Position numbers and translations under genes: made by a program. Below, one piece after another: positions 44,919 to 54,624 of a stretch of 64,000 nucleotides of DNA (the stretch's first letter is position 1; the number at the start of each line of letters is the position of its first letter). The stretch comes from Eubacteriales bacterium (lineage in GTDB: Bacteria; Bacillota; Clostridia; Christensenellales; CALWSW01): NCBI GenBank assembly GCA_031553675.1, contig JAVBLF010000016.1, positions 11,324-75,323 on the forward strand, in the 5' to 3' direction. The notes below the pieces were generated by a model that did not search any database, was not told where the DNA came from, and saw only the letters and a list, made by a program, of their open reading frames with translations.

Positions 44919-46316
44919 TTACTGCCAGTTGCTGTCTCCGGCGGCGGCGGCTTGGTCGGCGCGTCTTTGGTCGATCGACGCGAGTACTTGATCCGGCGTC
45001 ATGTCGCCGACGAGCATCGCGGAAATGTCGGTGCCGATCTCCATCCACTGCGGATTGAGGTAGATGACCGCATTCTGGTAGACGGTGGACTTGCCATCCT
45101 TGAAGGACTCGACAGCGGCGCTCACTTCGGCCGAATGGGTCGATTTCAGGTCGGCAAAGGGCAGGCTGTTGAAGGAGGATTCGTTGTCGATCATGAACTG
45201 GAGGTTTTCCGGCCGCGCCAGGAAGTCGATGTACTGCTTGGCGAGGTCGATGTTTTTGCTGCCGGAGTAGACGAACTTGCTCGGGCCGCAGGGGGTTTCT
45301 GCGATGATCTGGTTGTCGAGGTAGGGGGCGGGGAAGACGCCGAAGTCGGCTTCGGTCAGGCTCGAATCGACGGCGAGGATGTCGCCGATGCGGCCCATCA
45401 TGTTGACCGTCATGCCGTACTTGCCGGAAGCCATTTCCGCAGCGAGGTCGGCGTATTCGTTCGACATGTAGTATTCGCCCCAATATCCGGCGGCCACGAC
45501 TTCCTGCATCTGGGTGAGCATGGTCTTGAAGACTTCGTTTTGCGCAAAGGTCGTCTTGTTGCTGTTGAGCGAATCGACGAGGCCGGGCACAGCTTTGTCA
45601 TAAGCCGAGGCGACGTCGAAGAAGTTGAGCTGGTGGTGCCAGCCGTCCGCTACGCACTCGAAGACAGGCGTGATGCCGTTGTCGAGCAGGGTCTGGCAGA
45701 CTGTCTTGAACTCGGCATAGGTCTTGGGGGGCGTCAGGTTGTATTGCGCGAAGAGCTTTTTGTTGTAGATGTAGGCGTAGCTGTCGGACTGATCCCAGAT
45801 CGTGATGCCGTACACCTTGCCGTTCGACGAAACCTGCTCTTTGACGGCCGGCTCAAAGCGGCTGACCCAGGGCTGGTCGCTCAGGTCGACGGCGTTTTTC
45901 TCGATCTTGAGCAGCGACACGATGTCGAACTTGCCCGACTGGTGCATGAAGATGTCCGCACACTCGCCGGAGTTGAGCTTGGTCGTCAACAGGTTCGGGT
46001 ATTGATCAGCAGGGATGATCTGGTAATCGACCGCGATGCCGGTTTCTTCGGTGAACTTCTTGGCGAGCTCCATTTCCGGGTCCTTGACCCAGTCGACACT
46101 GGCCATGACGGTGAGTGTTTGTCCGGCGCCAGCGGGCGCTTTCTCTTCGGCAGGCGCTTCTTCGGACGCCTCGGGGGCTTCGGCTTCTTCGCCGGCCGTC
46201 GCCGCTTCTGCGGTCGCGGTGGGGTCCTCGGCGGCAGGCGCTCCACTGGAGCATCCTGCAAACAACGAAGTTGCCATGGCCATCGTGAGCATGAGCGCAA
46301 CTATGGATCGTTTCAT
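44919..46316 (-). CDS. ABC transporter extracellular solute-binding lipoprotein (sugar, family 1)
   Basis: Lipobox LFAGCSSG and a low-complexity linker. The 465-aa SBP-like body lies upstream of two permease genes. Confidence 0.8.
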   Translation of the reverse strand: MKRSIVALMLTMAMATSLFAGCSSGAPAAEDPTATAEAATAGEEAEAPEASEEAPAEEKAPAGAGQTLTVMASVDWVKDPEMELAKKFTEETGIAVDYQIIPADQYPNLLTTKLNSGECADIFMHQSGKFDIVSLLKIEKNAVDLSDQPWVSRFEPAVKEQVSSNGKVYGITIWDQSDSYAYIYNKKLFAQYNLTPPKTYAEFKTVCQTLLDNGITPVFECVADGWHHQLNFFDVASAYDKAVPGLVDSLNSNKTTFAQNEVFKTMLTQMQEVVAAGYWGEYYMSNEYADLAAEMASGKYGMTVNMMGRIGDILAVDSSLTEADFGVFPAPYLDNQIIAETPCGPSKFVYSGSKNIDLAKQYIDFLARPENLQFMIDNESSFNSLPFADLKSTHSAEVSAAVESFKDGKSTVYQNAVIYLNPQWMEIGTDISAMLVGDMTPDQVLASIDQRRADQAAAAGDSNWQ

Positions 46317-46537
46317 CTGATTTCCTCCTGGATGTGTCGGATGGGATCGGGAAAAATGCGGCTCTTGGATTTGTTTGCTTTTGGGATGGAAGAGTGATTT
46401 GATTGTACCAATGGCGCGACGAGAACACTATGCACCAAACCAAACTCTTTTTGTACTTTTTTAACCACTTTGCTATACTGGACCTGAGGCCGTGCACCGA
46501 GCCAGCGGCCGAGAGAAAACCCGCCGGATGGGCCGCC

Positions 46538-48373
46538 ATGAAAAAGCCAAAACAACCAAGCGCCAAGATCAACGCCATCCTGTTTCGATCCTACATGCTC
46601 GCGATGTTTGCCGTGCTGCTGGCCGTCACGGTCATTTTTGCCGCCATCGAATTCAATTCCCTAAACCGCAACGTGCGTTCCAAGCTCCAACAGGCCAACC
46701 ATTCCGTCGCCCTGAGCGTCGATAACCAGATCAAGCAGATGGATACCATTTCGATCAGCGCGCTTTACTCAAATCTGTTAAAAAATTCCTTTTCGACCTA
46801 TTCCGACCAGCTCGACCTCGCCGAGGACAGCACCCCCAACCCCGCAGCGAAGGTCGGCAACGCCAAGATACTGCACGATCTGATGTTTGCGATCATCGGC
46901 GTCAACAACGACATCAAGCAGATCAACCTTTACAACACCGATCGGGGTAGCTTTGGGTCGGGGCTCTACAATGGCTATATCGACCAAAACCTGCGCGATA
47001 TGCCCTGGTACCCCATGACGCTTGAAGCGGAGGGAAAGCGCTTCGTGACGAAAGCACACGACAGCGCGCTTTTTGCCTCCTCCCAGCGGCAGACTGCGGG
47101 GCGTGATTTCGTCTCGCTCTGCCGGATCTACTTCGACAAATTCAACCGCATGGATGGCGCGATCGAGGTCGTCGAATACTACGATACGGTATTCGACAGC
47201 GCCATGCACGCCGAGGGCGCGTACAAGCTCCGCTTTTATATCTACGACGCGAACGGTACGCTGCTCTATCCGAAGCAGGCAAGCAGCATGCATGCTGACG
47301 ACTACCGCCGCTATGCCGCCGGGCAGGGCAGCGATCAGGCGCACACCTACGACAACGCCGCATCGGGCCAGCGCGAATTCCTGATCAGCGAAACCATGCC
47401 CTATTCGAACTTCCTAAGCGTCGCCGTTGTCGACAGCGACAGCTTTTACGCGCCGATCACGCAGTTTTTCGTGCTCCTCATCGCGATCTTTCTGGCAGGC
47501 CTTCTCATCTGCTATCTGACGGCCCGCCGTCTGGCCCGCCGCCTGGCTCTCCCGCTGACGTCGATGCACACCCACCTGTCGGCCATCGACTACGAGCAGC
47601 GCAGCTGGGAAAAGCTCAACATGGACGCGACCGGCATCATCGAGATCGACGATCTCAGCGCGAGTGTCGATCGTTTCCAGGACGAGATCCTTCGCGCGAC
47701 GGACGAAATACTCCTGCTCCAGCGCCACGAAGCCCAGTCGCAGATGCTGGCGCTGCAATCGCAGATGAACCCGCACTTCCTCTACAACTCGATCGCGACC
47801 ATCCAAGCCATGGCGGACGAGGGCATGAATGAAGAGATCGCGCAGATGAGCGACGCGATCTCGACCATTTTGCGCTACGTATCCTCGACCAAGGAGAGCA
47901 TGGTCCGCCTCGAGCTCGAACTGGAAACCACCGACCTCTATCTGGACTGCCATCACTTCCGCTTCGGTGACAATCTCCGCTACCGCATCGACGTGCCTGA
48001 CGATATGCTCGACGTCAGCGTCCCCAAACTCTGCGTCCAACTTTTGGTCGAAAACGCGATCAAATACACCTCGGTCTCCGTGCCACCCCCCTTCGAGATC
48101 CTCGTGCAATGTCTGCGCTCGGACAACCAATGGCTGGTCAGCGTTTATGACAACGGCAGCGGTTTCCCGGACGATGTCATCGAAAGCATCACAAAAAAGA
48201 CCCACGCGATCGAGAACACAGGGCGCTTGCCGTCGCTCGAACTCAAGGGGATGGGGCTCATGAACCTCTACATTCGGCTTTGGCTGATTTACAAGCACGA
48301 TTGCGTATTCGAAATCGGGAACCGCGAACAGGGCGGTGCTTTCGTGCGGATTGGAGGGAGACTCGATGCCTAG
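46538..48373 (+). CDS. Sensor histidine kinase (YesM-like; two TM helices, HAMP, His_kinase, HATPase)
   Basis: QMNPHFLYNSIATIQAMA (phospho-acceptor His region) and a C-terminal ATPase domain (GSGFPDD, GMGLMNL). The start MKKPKQ is at 46538. Confidence 0.8.
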   Translation: MKKPKQPSAKINAILFRSYMLAMFAVLLAVTVIFAAIEFNSLNRNVRSKLQQANHSVALSVDNQIKQMDTISISALYSNLLKNSFSTYSDQLDLAEDSTPNPAAKVGNAKILHDLMFAIIGVNNDIKQINLYNTDRGSFGSGLYNGYIDQNLRDMPWYPMTLEAEGKRFVTKAHDSALFASSQRQTAGRDFVSLCRIYFDKFNRMDGAIEVVEYYDTVFDSAMHAEGAYKLRFYIYDANGTLLYPKQASSMHADDYRRYAAGQGSDQAHTYDNAASGQREFLISETMPYSNFLSVAVVDSDSFYAPITQFFVLLIAIFLAGLLICYLTARRLARRLALPLTSMHTHLSAIDYEQRSWEKLNMDATGIIEIDDLSASVDRFQDEILRATDEILLLQRHEAQSQMLALQSQMNPHFLYNSIATIQAMADEGMNEEIAQMSDAISTILRYVSSTKESMVRLELELETTDLYLDCHHFRFGDNLRYRIDVPDDMLDVSVPKLCVQLLVENAIKYTSVSVPPPFEILVQCLRSDNQWLVSVYDNGSGFPDDVIESITKKTHAIENTGRLPSLELKGMGLMNLYIRLWLIYKHDCVFEIGNREQGGAFVRIGGRLDA

Positions 48374-49130
48374 CCTACCGCACTTTAACGTCATGATCGT
48401 CGAGGATGAGCCCTTGCTTTTGCGGGCGCTCGAAAATTTGATCGAACAGCTCGACGCCGGCTTCGTCGTCACGGCCAGCGCACGAGACGGCGCCAGTGCG
48501 CTCCATGCACTCGCGGATAACGACATCCATCTCGTGATCACAGACATCGTGATGCCGGTCGTATCGGGGCTCGACCTGCTCGAACAGCTCGGACAGCGCC
48601 GGCCCAACCTGCCCGTGATCCTGCTGTCAGGCCGCTCCGACTTCGAATTCGCGCAAAAGGCGCTTCGCGGGGGCGCTTTGGATTACATCCTGAAGCCGGT
48701 GAGCCGGGAAAAGCTCGAGAACGCCCTGCTCAAGGCCAAAACAAGGCTGAGCGCCCACTACCAGATCGCCGAGGACGAATCGCTGAGCGGCACGAGCTCC
48801 GAACAAGCCATCCAGTACGCGCGCGACTACCTGCGCGCCCATTTTGCCGATGCGATCGAACTGGCTGCTTTGGCGAAACAACTCGGCTTTTCGGCGGCTT
48901 ATCTGACCAAGCTCTTCCACAAGTACGAAAAGTGTACGCCGGTCAAGTACCTGACCGAGCTTCGGATCAACGAGGCCAAAAACCTGCTTTACAGCACCGA
49001 TCTCCCGATCAAGGAGATCAGCGAGCGCGTAGGCTACGACAACCAATTTTACTTCAGCCGCGTCTTTCGAAAGTCGGTGCAGCTCACGCCTTCCGAATAC
49101 CGCGAGCGAAAGCGCCAACCCAACGCATAG
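48366..49130 (+). CDS. Response regulator with AraC-type output domain (YesN-like)
   Basis: REC domain (VMIVEDEPLL, DIHLVITDIVMP, LLSGRSDF) plus a C-terminal AraC HTH. It overlaps the kinase stop. Confidence 0.85.
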   Translation: MPSLPHFNVMIVEDEPLLLRALENLIEQLDAGFVVTASARDGASALHALADNDIHLVITDIVMPVVSGLDLLEQLGQRRPNLPVILLSGRSDFEFAQKALRGGALDYILKPVSREKLENALLKAKTRLSAHYQIAEDESLSGTSSEQAIQYARDYLRAHFADAIELAALAKQLGFSAAYLTKLFHKYEKCTPVKYLTELRINEAKNLLYSTDLPIKEISERVGYDNQFYFSRVFRKSVQLTPSEYRERKRQPNA

Positions 49131-49138
49131 AAGGGTAC

Positions 49139-49171
49139 AAAAAAGCCCCGGCTCGTAACCGAGGCTTTTTT
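49139..49171. terminator. Bidirectional intrinsic terminator between convergent operons
   Basis: aaaaaagccccgg-ctcgtaa-ccgaggctttttt. Confidence 0.75.
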
Positions 49172-49185
49172 GTGCCAATGCGATC

Positions 49186-50121
49186 CTAGGCCTGCAAGAC
49201 GATGCGGTTGAGATCGCTGATGTCGGCCTGCAATTGGTTTCCGACCAGGCCGACGAGCAGGTAACGGCCCGTGACCGGCTCTCGGAGAAAGTCTTTGAGC
49301 AGCGTCAGCTTTTGGATCACGCCCGTGTTGTGGACGTGCATGCGCGGACCCGTGCAGCCGTGCAGTTCTTCGCCGATCATGATGTGATGGTCGTCCACGT
49401 AGGAAATGGTGACATCGCGCGAGATGACCTCGTTCGCCATGCTTTCCAGCAGATCGATGTCGATGTCCGGCCTGTCCTGAAAGCTCAGGATGAAGCCGTG
49501 CCGGACGTCGGCGTGGTCATACTGGTGGTAGTCAACGCCCTGCTTTTGCAGAAAATGTTCGCAGATGTCTTCGGCCGTATGCACCATGAGGCGGTAGCGG
49601 ATCGACTTGAACACGACGTCCGAAATGTCCTGGGGCATTGGGCCGAAGAGGGTGGGGCGTGTGATGATGACCTCTTCGCCGATGCCGATCAAAAGGTGGG
49701 CGTTTTGCTTTAAAAATGGGTAGATCAGGTCAAAATGCTCGACGACGACGCGCTTGCCCTTCTGAATGGCGTAGTTGATCAGCTCGGCCAGCTCGTGCAT
49801 CTGCATGAAGCCCGATTCGAAGCGGATGTCGATGTGGTAGGTGTGCGGCGTGTAGAAGCCCGTCTCATCGACGTTGAGCAACGGCAGTGGCCGCACGTTG
49901 ACGCCCTCGTCGTCGTTCGTTAACTCGAGCCCGGGAAACATACCTTTGATGATCATGCTTTTGCCCGATCCGGCGTCGCCGATCAGGCCGATCAGCTTGT
50001 CAAAGGGGCTAAGGTACATCGCCGCGACCTGCATGCCGAGGTCGGCCATGCGGTTGTTGCCGCGCGGGGCAAAATACATGCTGTAGAGATGGCTCTTTTG
50101 CATGCGTCCAGAGTAGGCCAT
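49186..50121 (-). CDS. Walker-A (GDAGSGKS) P-loop protein of unknown function, last gene of the glutamate-fermentation operon
   Basis: 311 aa with the LIGLIGDAGSGKSMIIKGMFPGLELTNDDEG segment. Its start lies 10 nt after the DUF4387 stop. I cannot assign a characterised family. Confidence 0.6.
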   Translation of the reverse strand: MAYSGRMQKSHLYSMYFAPRGNNRMADLGMQVAAMYLSPFDKLIGLIGDAGSGKSMIIKGMFPGLELTNDDEGVNVRPLPLLNVDETGFYTPHTYHIDIRFESGFMQMHELAELINYAIQKGKRVVVEHFDLIYPFLKQNAHLLIGIGEEVIITRPTLFGPMPQDISDVVFKSIRYRLMVHTAEDICEHFLQKQGVDYHQYDHADVRHGFILSFQDRPDIDIDLLESMANEVISRDVTISYVDDHHIMIGEELHGCTGPRMHVHNTGVIQKLTLLKDFLREPVTGRYLLVGLVGNQLQADISDLNRIVLQA

Positions 50122-50131
50122 CGCGCGCCTC

Positions 50132-50449
50132 CTAAACGTCGAGTTCGAGTCCGAGCAAGGGCGCGTGCTGTTGGGCGCCGTAGACGTCGGTTTCGCCGAG
50201 GTCCCCCGAGCAGATCGGCCGCACGATCGTGATCTTGATCGCCTTGGCTGGGTCGAAGGCGATGATGCCGATGATCCGTTCAGGCGCGATGCGAAAGAGA
50301 TCGCAGACGAGCGCTTCGTCGATCTGGCCGGACGCCTTGACGCTCTCGTAGATCGCGAAGGACTTGAACATGATGTCGAAAGTCAGCTCATACGGCCCGG
50401 CGTTCTTGCTGCGGATGACGTCCGCGAGATCGGTCAATTTCGCTTTCAT
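50132..50449 (-). CDS. DUF4387-like small protein (corresponds to the C-terminal part of AtuA-type proteins)
   Basis: 105 aa beginning MKAKLTDLADVIRSKNAGPYELTFDIMFKS. It is always read together with the preceding DUF1446-like gene. The family assignment is from memory of family sequences, not from a search. Confidence 0.6.
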   Translation of the reverse strand: MKAKLTDLADVIRSKNAGPYELTFDIMFKSFAIYESVKASGQIDEALVCDLFRIAPERIIGIIAFDPAKAIKITIVRPICSGDLGETDVYGAQQHAPLLGLELDV

Positions 50450-50459
50450 GGCGTCCTCC

Positions 50460-51821
50460 TTACAGCGCGATCATGTCGATGGGGAAGTAGCGGAGCGGGT
50501 CGGGCGCGTCGAGCAGATGGTAGACGCTGAAGACGAAAACTTCGCCCGCGTGGAAATCGCTCGGCGAGAAGGGGAAAGCGAGGTTGCCTGCCGTCGCGCG
50601 CCGTCCCTCGTAGCCGTAGTGCAGCATGGTCGATCGCGCAAACGCACAGACGGTGTCGGCGTCCTTTTGCGTCGGCGCGACGGCCTCGATCACGATGCCG
50701 AGTTCATGCGCGCCGGAAGTGTCGGGCGTCGGTTCGAGCCCCGCCATGACGCCGTCTTTGCCGTAGATCGTGAAGTGCAGCGCGTAATCGGGCAGACGAT
50801 CGGCAAAGTTGTCGGCCACGCGCTCGCGCACGGCCTGGACGATCTCGTCCATCTTCGCGATCATGATCGGATCGCGCGTGCCGGCGATCGAGACGGTGCG
50901 GAAGCCGATCGGCTTGGCGCCTTCGAGCTTGACGGTGTAGCGTTCTGCCGGCACGAAACGGCTTCCCGATACGCGGACGGCGTTGTCGCCCTCCTGCTCA
51001 AACTGGCAGGCCGTCAGATCGAGATGGCCGCCCGGCCCTGGCAGTATGTAGGGGTTGGTCTTCTCGTAGAGCGTGTGCGCCGCGACGGAGAGGGTCGTAC
51101 ACTTGCGGATGGGGTTGAGTGGCTCGATACGGAAATGATCCTCGCCGATGCTGCCAAACATGCAATCGGAACCGCTTCCGGGCGTCGCGCAGATCGCCGC
51201 GCATTCGAGAATCTTGCCGAGGTGGATCGCAAGGCCCTTGTCGTAGCCGCGCAGTGTCGGCAGCGCCGCGAAAACCGAAGGGTCATACGCTCGCCCTGCC
51301 AAGATGACGTCCGCGCCCATTTCAAGCGCCTTCCAGAACGGCTCCATGCCCATCTGCCCGACGATGTGGGTCGAGGCTTCGATCTCGCTTTCAACGAGGT
51401 CGGGCGCGGGGTGGAGGGTCGAAATGTGTCCGGCGCGGAATTCCTGCAAGAGGGTCACTTTGCCGATCTCGGCGTGGATCACGGCCAGCTTGAAGTGAAG
51501 CCCCTGTTCCTGCGCGATCTCTTCGATGATCGCGCGGTTCCAGTCGAGGTGGGGGTCGGCGCCGCTGCCGCCCGCCGTGCCGATCAGGATGGGAATTCCC
51601 TTTGGCACCCCCGCTTTGAGCATGATCTCCAGGTCGCGCTTTACGGCGCCGCGATCGGTGAAGGAGACGCCCGCGCCGAGGTAGTAAGGCCCCGGGTCGG
51701 TCGAACCGGCATCGACGGCGATCAGGTGGGGATCGCGCTTCATGCCTTCCGCAAAGGACGCTTCCGGAAAACCGTAGCCGAGGATGGCCGTCGCCGAGAG
51801 GATGCGAAACGCTTCGCGCAT
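50460..51821 (-). CDS. DUF1446 / AtuA-like protein of unknown function
   Basis: 453 aa. The N-terminus RILSATAILGYGFPEASFAEGMKRDPHLIAVDAGSTDPGPYYLG resembles acyclic-terpene-utilisation AtuA family proteins. Its start lies 2 nt after the methylaspartase stop. Confidence 0.65.
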   Translation of the reverse strand: MREAFRILSATAILGYGFPEASFAEGMKRDPHLIAVDAGSTDPGPYYLGAGVSFTDRGAVKRDLEIMLKAGVPKGIPILIGTAGGSGADPHLDWNRAIIEEIAQEQGLHFKLAVIHAEIGKVTLLQEFRAGHISTLHPAPDLVESEIEASTHIVGQMGMEPFWKALEMGADVILAGRAYDPSVFAALPTLRGYDKGLAIHLGKILECAAICATPGSGSDCMFGSIGEDHFRIEPLNPIRKCTTLSVAAHTLYEKTNPYILPGPGGHLDLTACQFEQEGDNAVRVSGSRFVPAERYTVKLEGAKPIGFRTVSIAGTRDPIMIAKMDEIVQAVRERVADNFADRLPDYALHFTIYGKDGVMAGLEPTPDTSGAHELGIVIEAVAPTQKDADTVCAFARSTMLHYGYEGRRATAGNLAFPFSPSDFHAGEVFVFSVYHLLDAPDPLRYFPIDMIAL

Positions 51822-51823
51822 GC

Positions 51824-53074
51824 CTATGCCCCCTTCCGCAGGTGCTTGAGCGCCAGTATGCGGCGCATCTCGTTGTGGACGATCATGAAGCCCTCATCGA
51901 CGCCCATGCCGGGCTTGGCGAGGATCTGGTCGGGCTTGGTCGCCATGGCGACGTGCACACAGACCTGCGCCGAGCGGTCGGTTTCGTTGCAGGTGCCGCC
52001 TTGGTAAGCGCCGACGCCCTTGTCTTTGCAGTAGAGCACGGCTTCGGCGACGTTGCCGATGCCGCCGAGGTCGGGCGTCTTGATCTGCACCATGTGGCCG
52101 GCCTTGTTGTCGGCAAAGAACTGGATGTCTTCGAGCGTGTTGCACCACTCGTCCGCGACGATCTCGACGGCGATGCCGCGGGAATCGACGAGGTGGGTCA
52201 GTTCGGCGAGCGCTTCCATCTGGGCTTGGCGCTCCTCGACGTCCATCGGCCCTTCGATGCGCAGCTTGAAGGGGTTCGCAGCGGTTGCCAGCGTTTCCAG
52301 GTAGGCGGCCATCGCGTCATAATTGTGATTGCCGAAGGCCTGGCCGATCGTGCCGTAGACGTCGATGTGCAGCACGGGCGCATAGGTTTCCTCGACGCGC
52401 AGCTTCAAGATGCGATCGCGCAGCCAAGCGACGTATTCGCGCAGTTTTTCGCCATCGCGGCCGAGTTTCGTGTCGACGTTGTTGATCAGCGCGTGGGGGA
52501 GCACCTGGGCGCCCTTGATGATCATCTTGTCGGCGTTGTCGTAGCGCCCGTCGCCCGACTGCGTAAAGATCGGGATCATCGCGTCGGAAAGCACCGTGCC
52601 GTATTCGGCCGCAACGACCTCGCACATCATCTTGTGCTGGGCCCTGGCAGCGGCGTCGAGCAGGGCCTGGGACACACCGTAACGGATCGCGGTGTGCAAA
52701 CGCTTGCCGTCGATGGTGAACGTTTCGAGCGCGTCGGCGTTCGGGCGGAAAGCGTCGGCGTCGCGTCCGATCAGGAGCGGCTTGACCTGGCGCTCGATGA
52801 CCGGAATGAAGTCGGCGGCGAGAAAGAGCGGATCGCGGCCGCCCGCGCCCGAATACTGCACGGCGGCACAGTCGCCGAACGCGACCTGCCCGTCTTCGAG
52901 CAGCAGCATGACGGAGATCGCTTCTCCGGCCTGGCGCACGCTCGTGAAGCCGGGCGTTTTTGGTTCTCCAAAGTAGGCTGCGCCCTCCATGACGGCGCCG
53001 GACTTGATCGCGCGCTGGTCGTCGAAGAAGAAGCCGGTGCGTCCAGGCGCGCATACGAGGTCGATAATTTTCAC
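51824..53074 (-). CDS. mal: 3-methylaspartate ammonia-lyase (methylaspartase)
   Basis: MKIIDLVCAPGRTGFFFDDQRAIK N-terminus, enolase-superfamily body and QIKTPDLGG segment. 416 aa. Confidence 0.9.
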   Translation of the reverse strand: MKIIDLVCAPGRTGFFFDDQRAIKSGAVMEGAAYFGEPKTPGFTSVRQAGEAISVMLLLEDGQVAFGDCAAVQYSGAGGRDPLFLAADFIPVIERQVKPLLIGRDADAFRPNADALETFTIDGKRLHTAIRYGVSQALLDAAARAQHKMMCEVVAAEYGTVLSDAMIPIFTQSGDGRYDNADKMIIKGAQVLPHALINNVDTKLGRDGEKLREYVAWLRDRILKLRVEETYAPVLHIDVYGTIGQAFGNHNYDAMAAYLETLATAANPFKLRIEGPMDVEERQAQMEALAELTHLVDSRGIAVEIVADEWCNTLEDIQFFADNKAGHMVQIKTPDLGGIGNVAEAVLYCKDKGVGAYQGGTCNETDRSAQVCVHVAMATKPDQILAKPGMGVDEGFMIVHNEMRRILALKHLRKGA

Positions 53075-53109
53075 GACGTTCCTCCCATGGACTTCAAAAC
53101 GTTACGAAC

Positions 53110-53165
53110 GGGATTCCAAAGGGATTTGTCCCTTTGGTAGGGGGCTTGGGGGATGAAATCCCCCC
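53110..53165 (+). repeat. Double-hairpin intergenic repeat, copy B (about 85 % identical to 12117..12171)
   Basis: Sequence: gggattccaaagggatttgtccctttggtagggggcttgggggatgaaatcccccc. It lies between glmE and mal and is antisense relative to operon transcription. Confidence 0.85.
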
Positions 53166-53172
53166 AAAAAGC

Positions 53173-54624
53173 CTAGTTGCGTGGACGCCCGACGAGGCGA
53201 CCCTTGCTGATCGCGTAGACATCGTCGATCACCATCTGGAAGGTCGCGGGGCGCTTCTCGACGCGGGCGCGCTCTTCGAAGCGTTCGCGGTTCCATTCGA
53301 CCAGTTCTTTGCTCAACGGGATGTTACCGACGTTGAGAAAGCGGACCGCGCCGTCGTTGTCGCGGGCGGGCAGCATCTTGCCGGCGTTGAAGCGGCTGGG
53401 GGCAAAGGGCACATCGATCACACCCGCCTGGAACGCTCGCACCGCCCCGACTGCGATGTCGCCGTCGCCCAGATCGAAGCACTTGTCGACGATGCAGCGC
53501 GTTTCGGCGGCGATCGTGGCCTTTTCCGCGGCGACGCCCTGCTCGGTCAGGCCCTGCTCGCCCAGCATGGAGATCATCTGCTTCGTGCAGTGCAGGCCCT
53601 GCGCGTTGGCCTCCTTGGTCGGGATGCCCATGGCCTCGTGCGGCGTCTTGACGATGACCTTCGTCGCGTGCGAGAGGGCGGCGGCGGCGCTGCCCCAGCC
53701 GATGACGGCGTAGGCCTTGGCCTCGTCCTGCGGGAAGCCGCCCATCCACTGGTGCAGCACCGTCGTGACGACGCAATCGCAGTAGCCCGCCTTTTCGAGG
53801 TACTCCTCGGTCAACGCCAAGAGCGTGCCGATCGCGGCGACGTCCTGGACGAGGTTCCCGCACTGGCCGTAGCCGACGGTGAGACTCTTGACGCCCTGTT
53901 CCGCGGCGAGCAAGCTCTCAATGATCGCAACCGCATGCGACACGCTGGGCGGCACGAGCGTACCGGTCAGCGGGCCAAAGGGTTCGCGGTTGATCGATAC
54001 GCCGTGTTCTTCGTAGAGCCCTGTCAGACGATCGCAGTATTGCCAATCCGCGATGGTCTTTTCGAGCGAGACGTTCTTGGCGTAGGGGATGTTGTAGGAA
54101 ATGCCGCCGCCCTCGTAGCTCGTGAAGCCGCTGGCGTAACTGATCTCGGTCAGAAGACGGGCGTCAGGCGTGCCGTGACGCACCTGGACGGGGACTTGCA
54201 GCGTTTCGATGATCCGGCGGCAGGCTTCGACGCCGTGGTTGACGATCGGAAGGCCGTTGAGCATGGACTTGCCGTTCTGTGCCGACTCCTCGATGCCCCT
54301 TTGGGCTTCTTCGTAGCGGTTCTGGCGGGTGTAACTGTCTACGGTGCTGGGCAAAAGGTCGGCTTCGCCCTCGTCTTGCAGGTATTGCAAAAGGGCGATG
54401 TGATCGTCGACAAGCGCGACGCCCGCGCGCGGTTGGATCAGCGTCTGCTGATTGGCCTTGGCGGTTTCGAGCTTTTGGGCGAATCGCTTCGCTTCGGGCA
54501 GCGATTTGTGATATGCGATGGCCTCTTCCATGTCCACGGCGGCGCCGGTCGGCCACTGTTGCAATACCTCCCGCCGGATCGCTTCAAACTGATCGTCCGG
54601 CATCCGCACGTTACGCAGCTCCAT
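53173..54624 (-). CDS. glmE: Glutamate mutase (methylaspartate mutase), epsilon / E subunit
   Basis: [28 protein letters not shown]-terminus. 483 aa. It lies between glmL and mal. Confidence 0.9.
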   Translation of the reverse strand: MELRNVRMPDDQFEAIRREVLQQWPTGAAVDMEEAIAYHKSLPEAKRFAQKLETAKANQQTLIQPRAGVALVDDHIALLQYLQDEGEADLLPSTVDSYTRQNRYEEAQRGIEESAQNGKSMLNGLPIVNHGVEACRRIIETLQVPVQVRHGTPDARLLTEISYASGFTSYEGGGISYNIPYAKNVSLEKTIADWQYCDRLTGLYEEHGVSINREPFGPLTGTLVPPSVSHAVAIIESLLAAEQGVKSLTVGYGQCGNLVQDVAAIGTLLALTEEYLEKAGYCDCVVTTVLHQWMGGFPQDEAKAYAVIGWGSAAAALSHATKVIVKTPHEAMGIPTKEANAQGLHCTKQMISMLGEQGLTEQGVAAEKATIAAETRCIVDKCFDLGDGDIAVGAVRAFQAGVIDVPFAPSRFNAGKMLPARDNDGAVRFLNVGNIPLSKELVEWNRERFEERARVEKRPATFQMVIDDVYAISKGRLVGRPRN

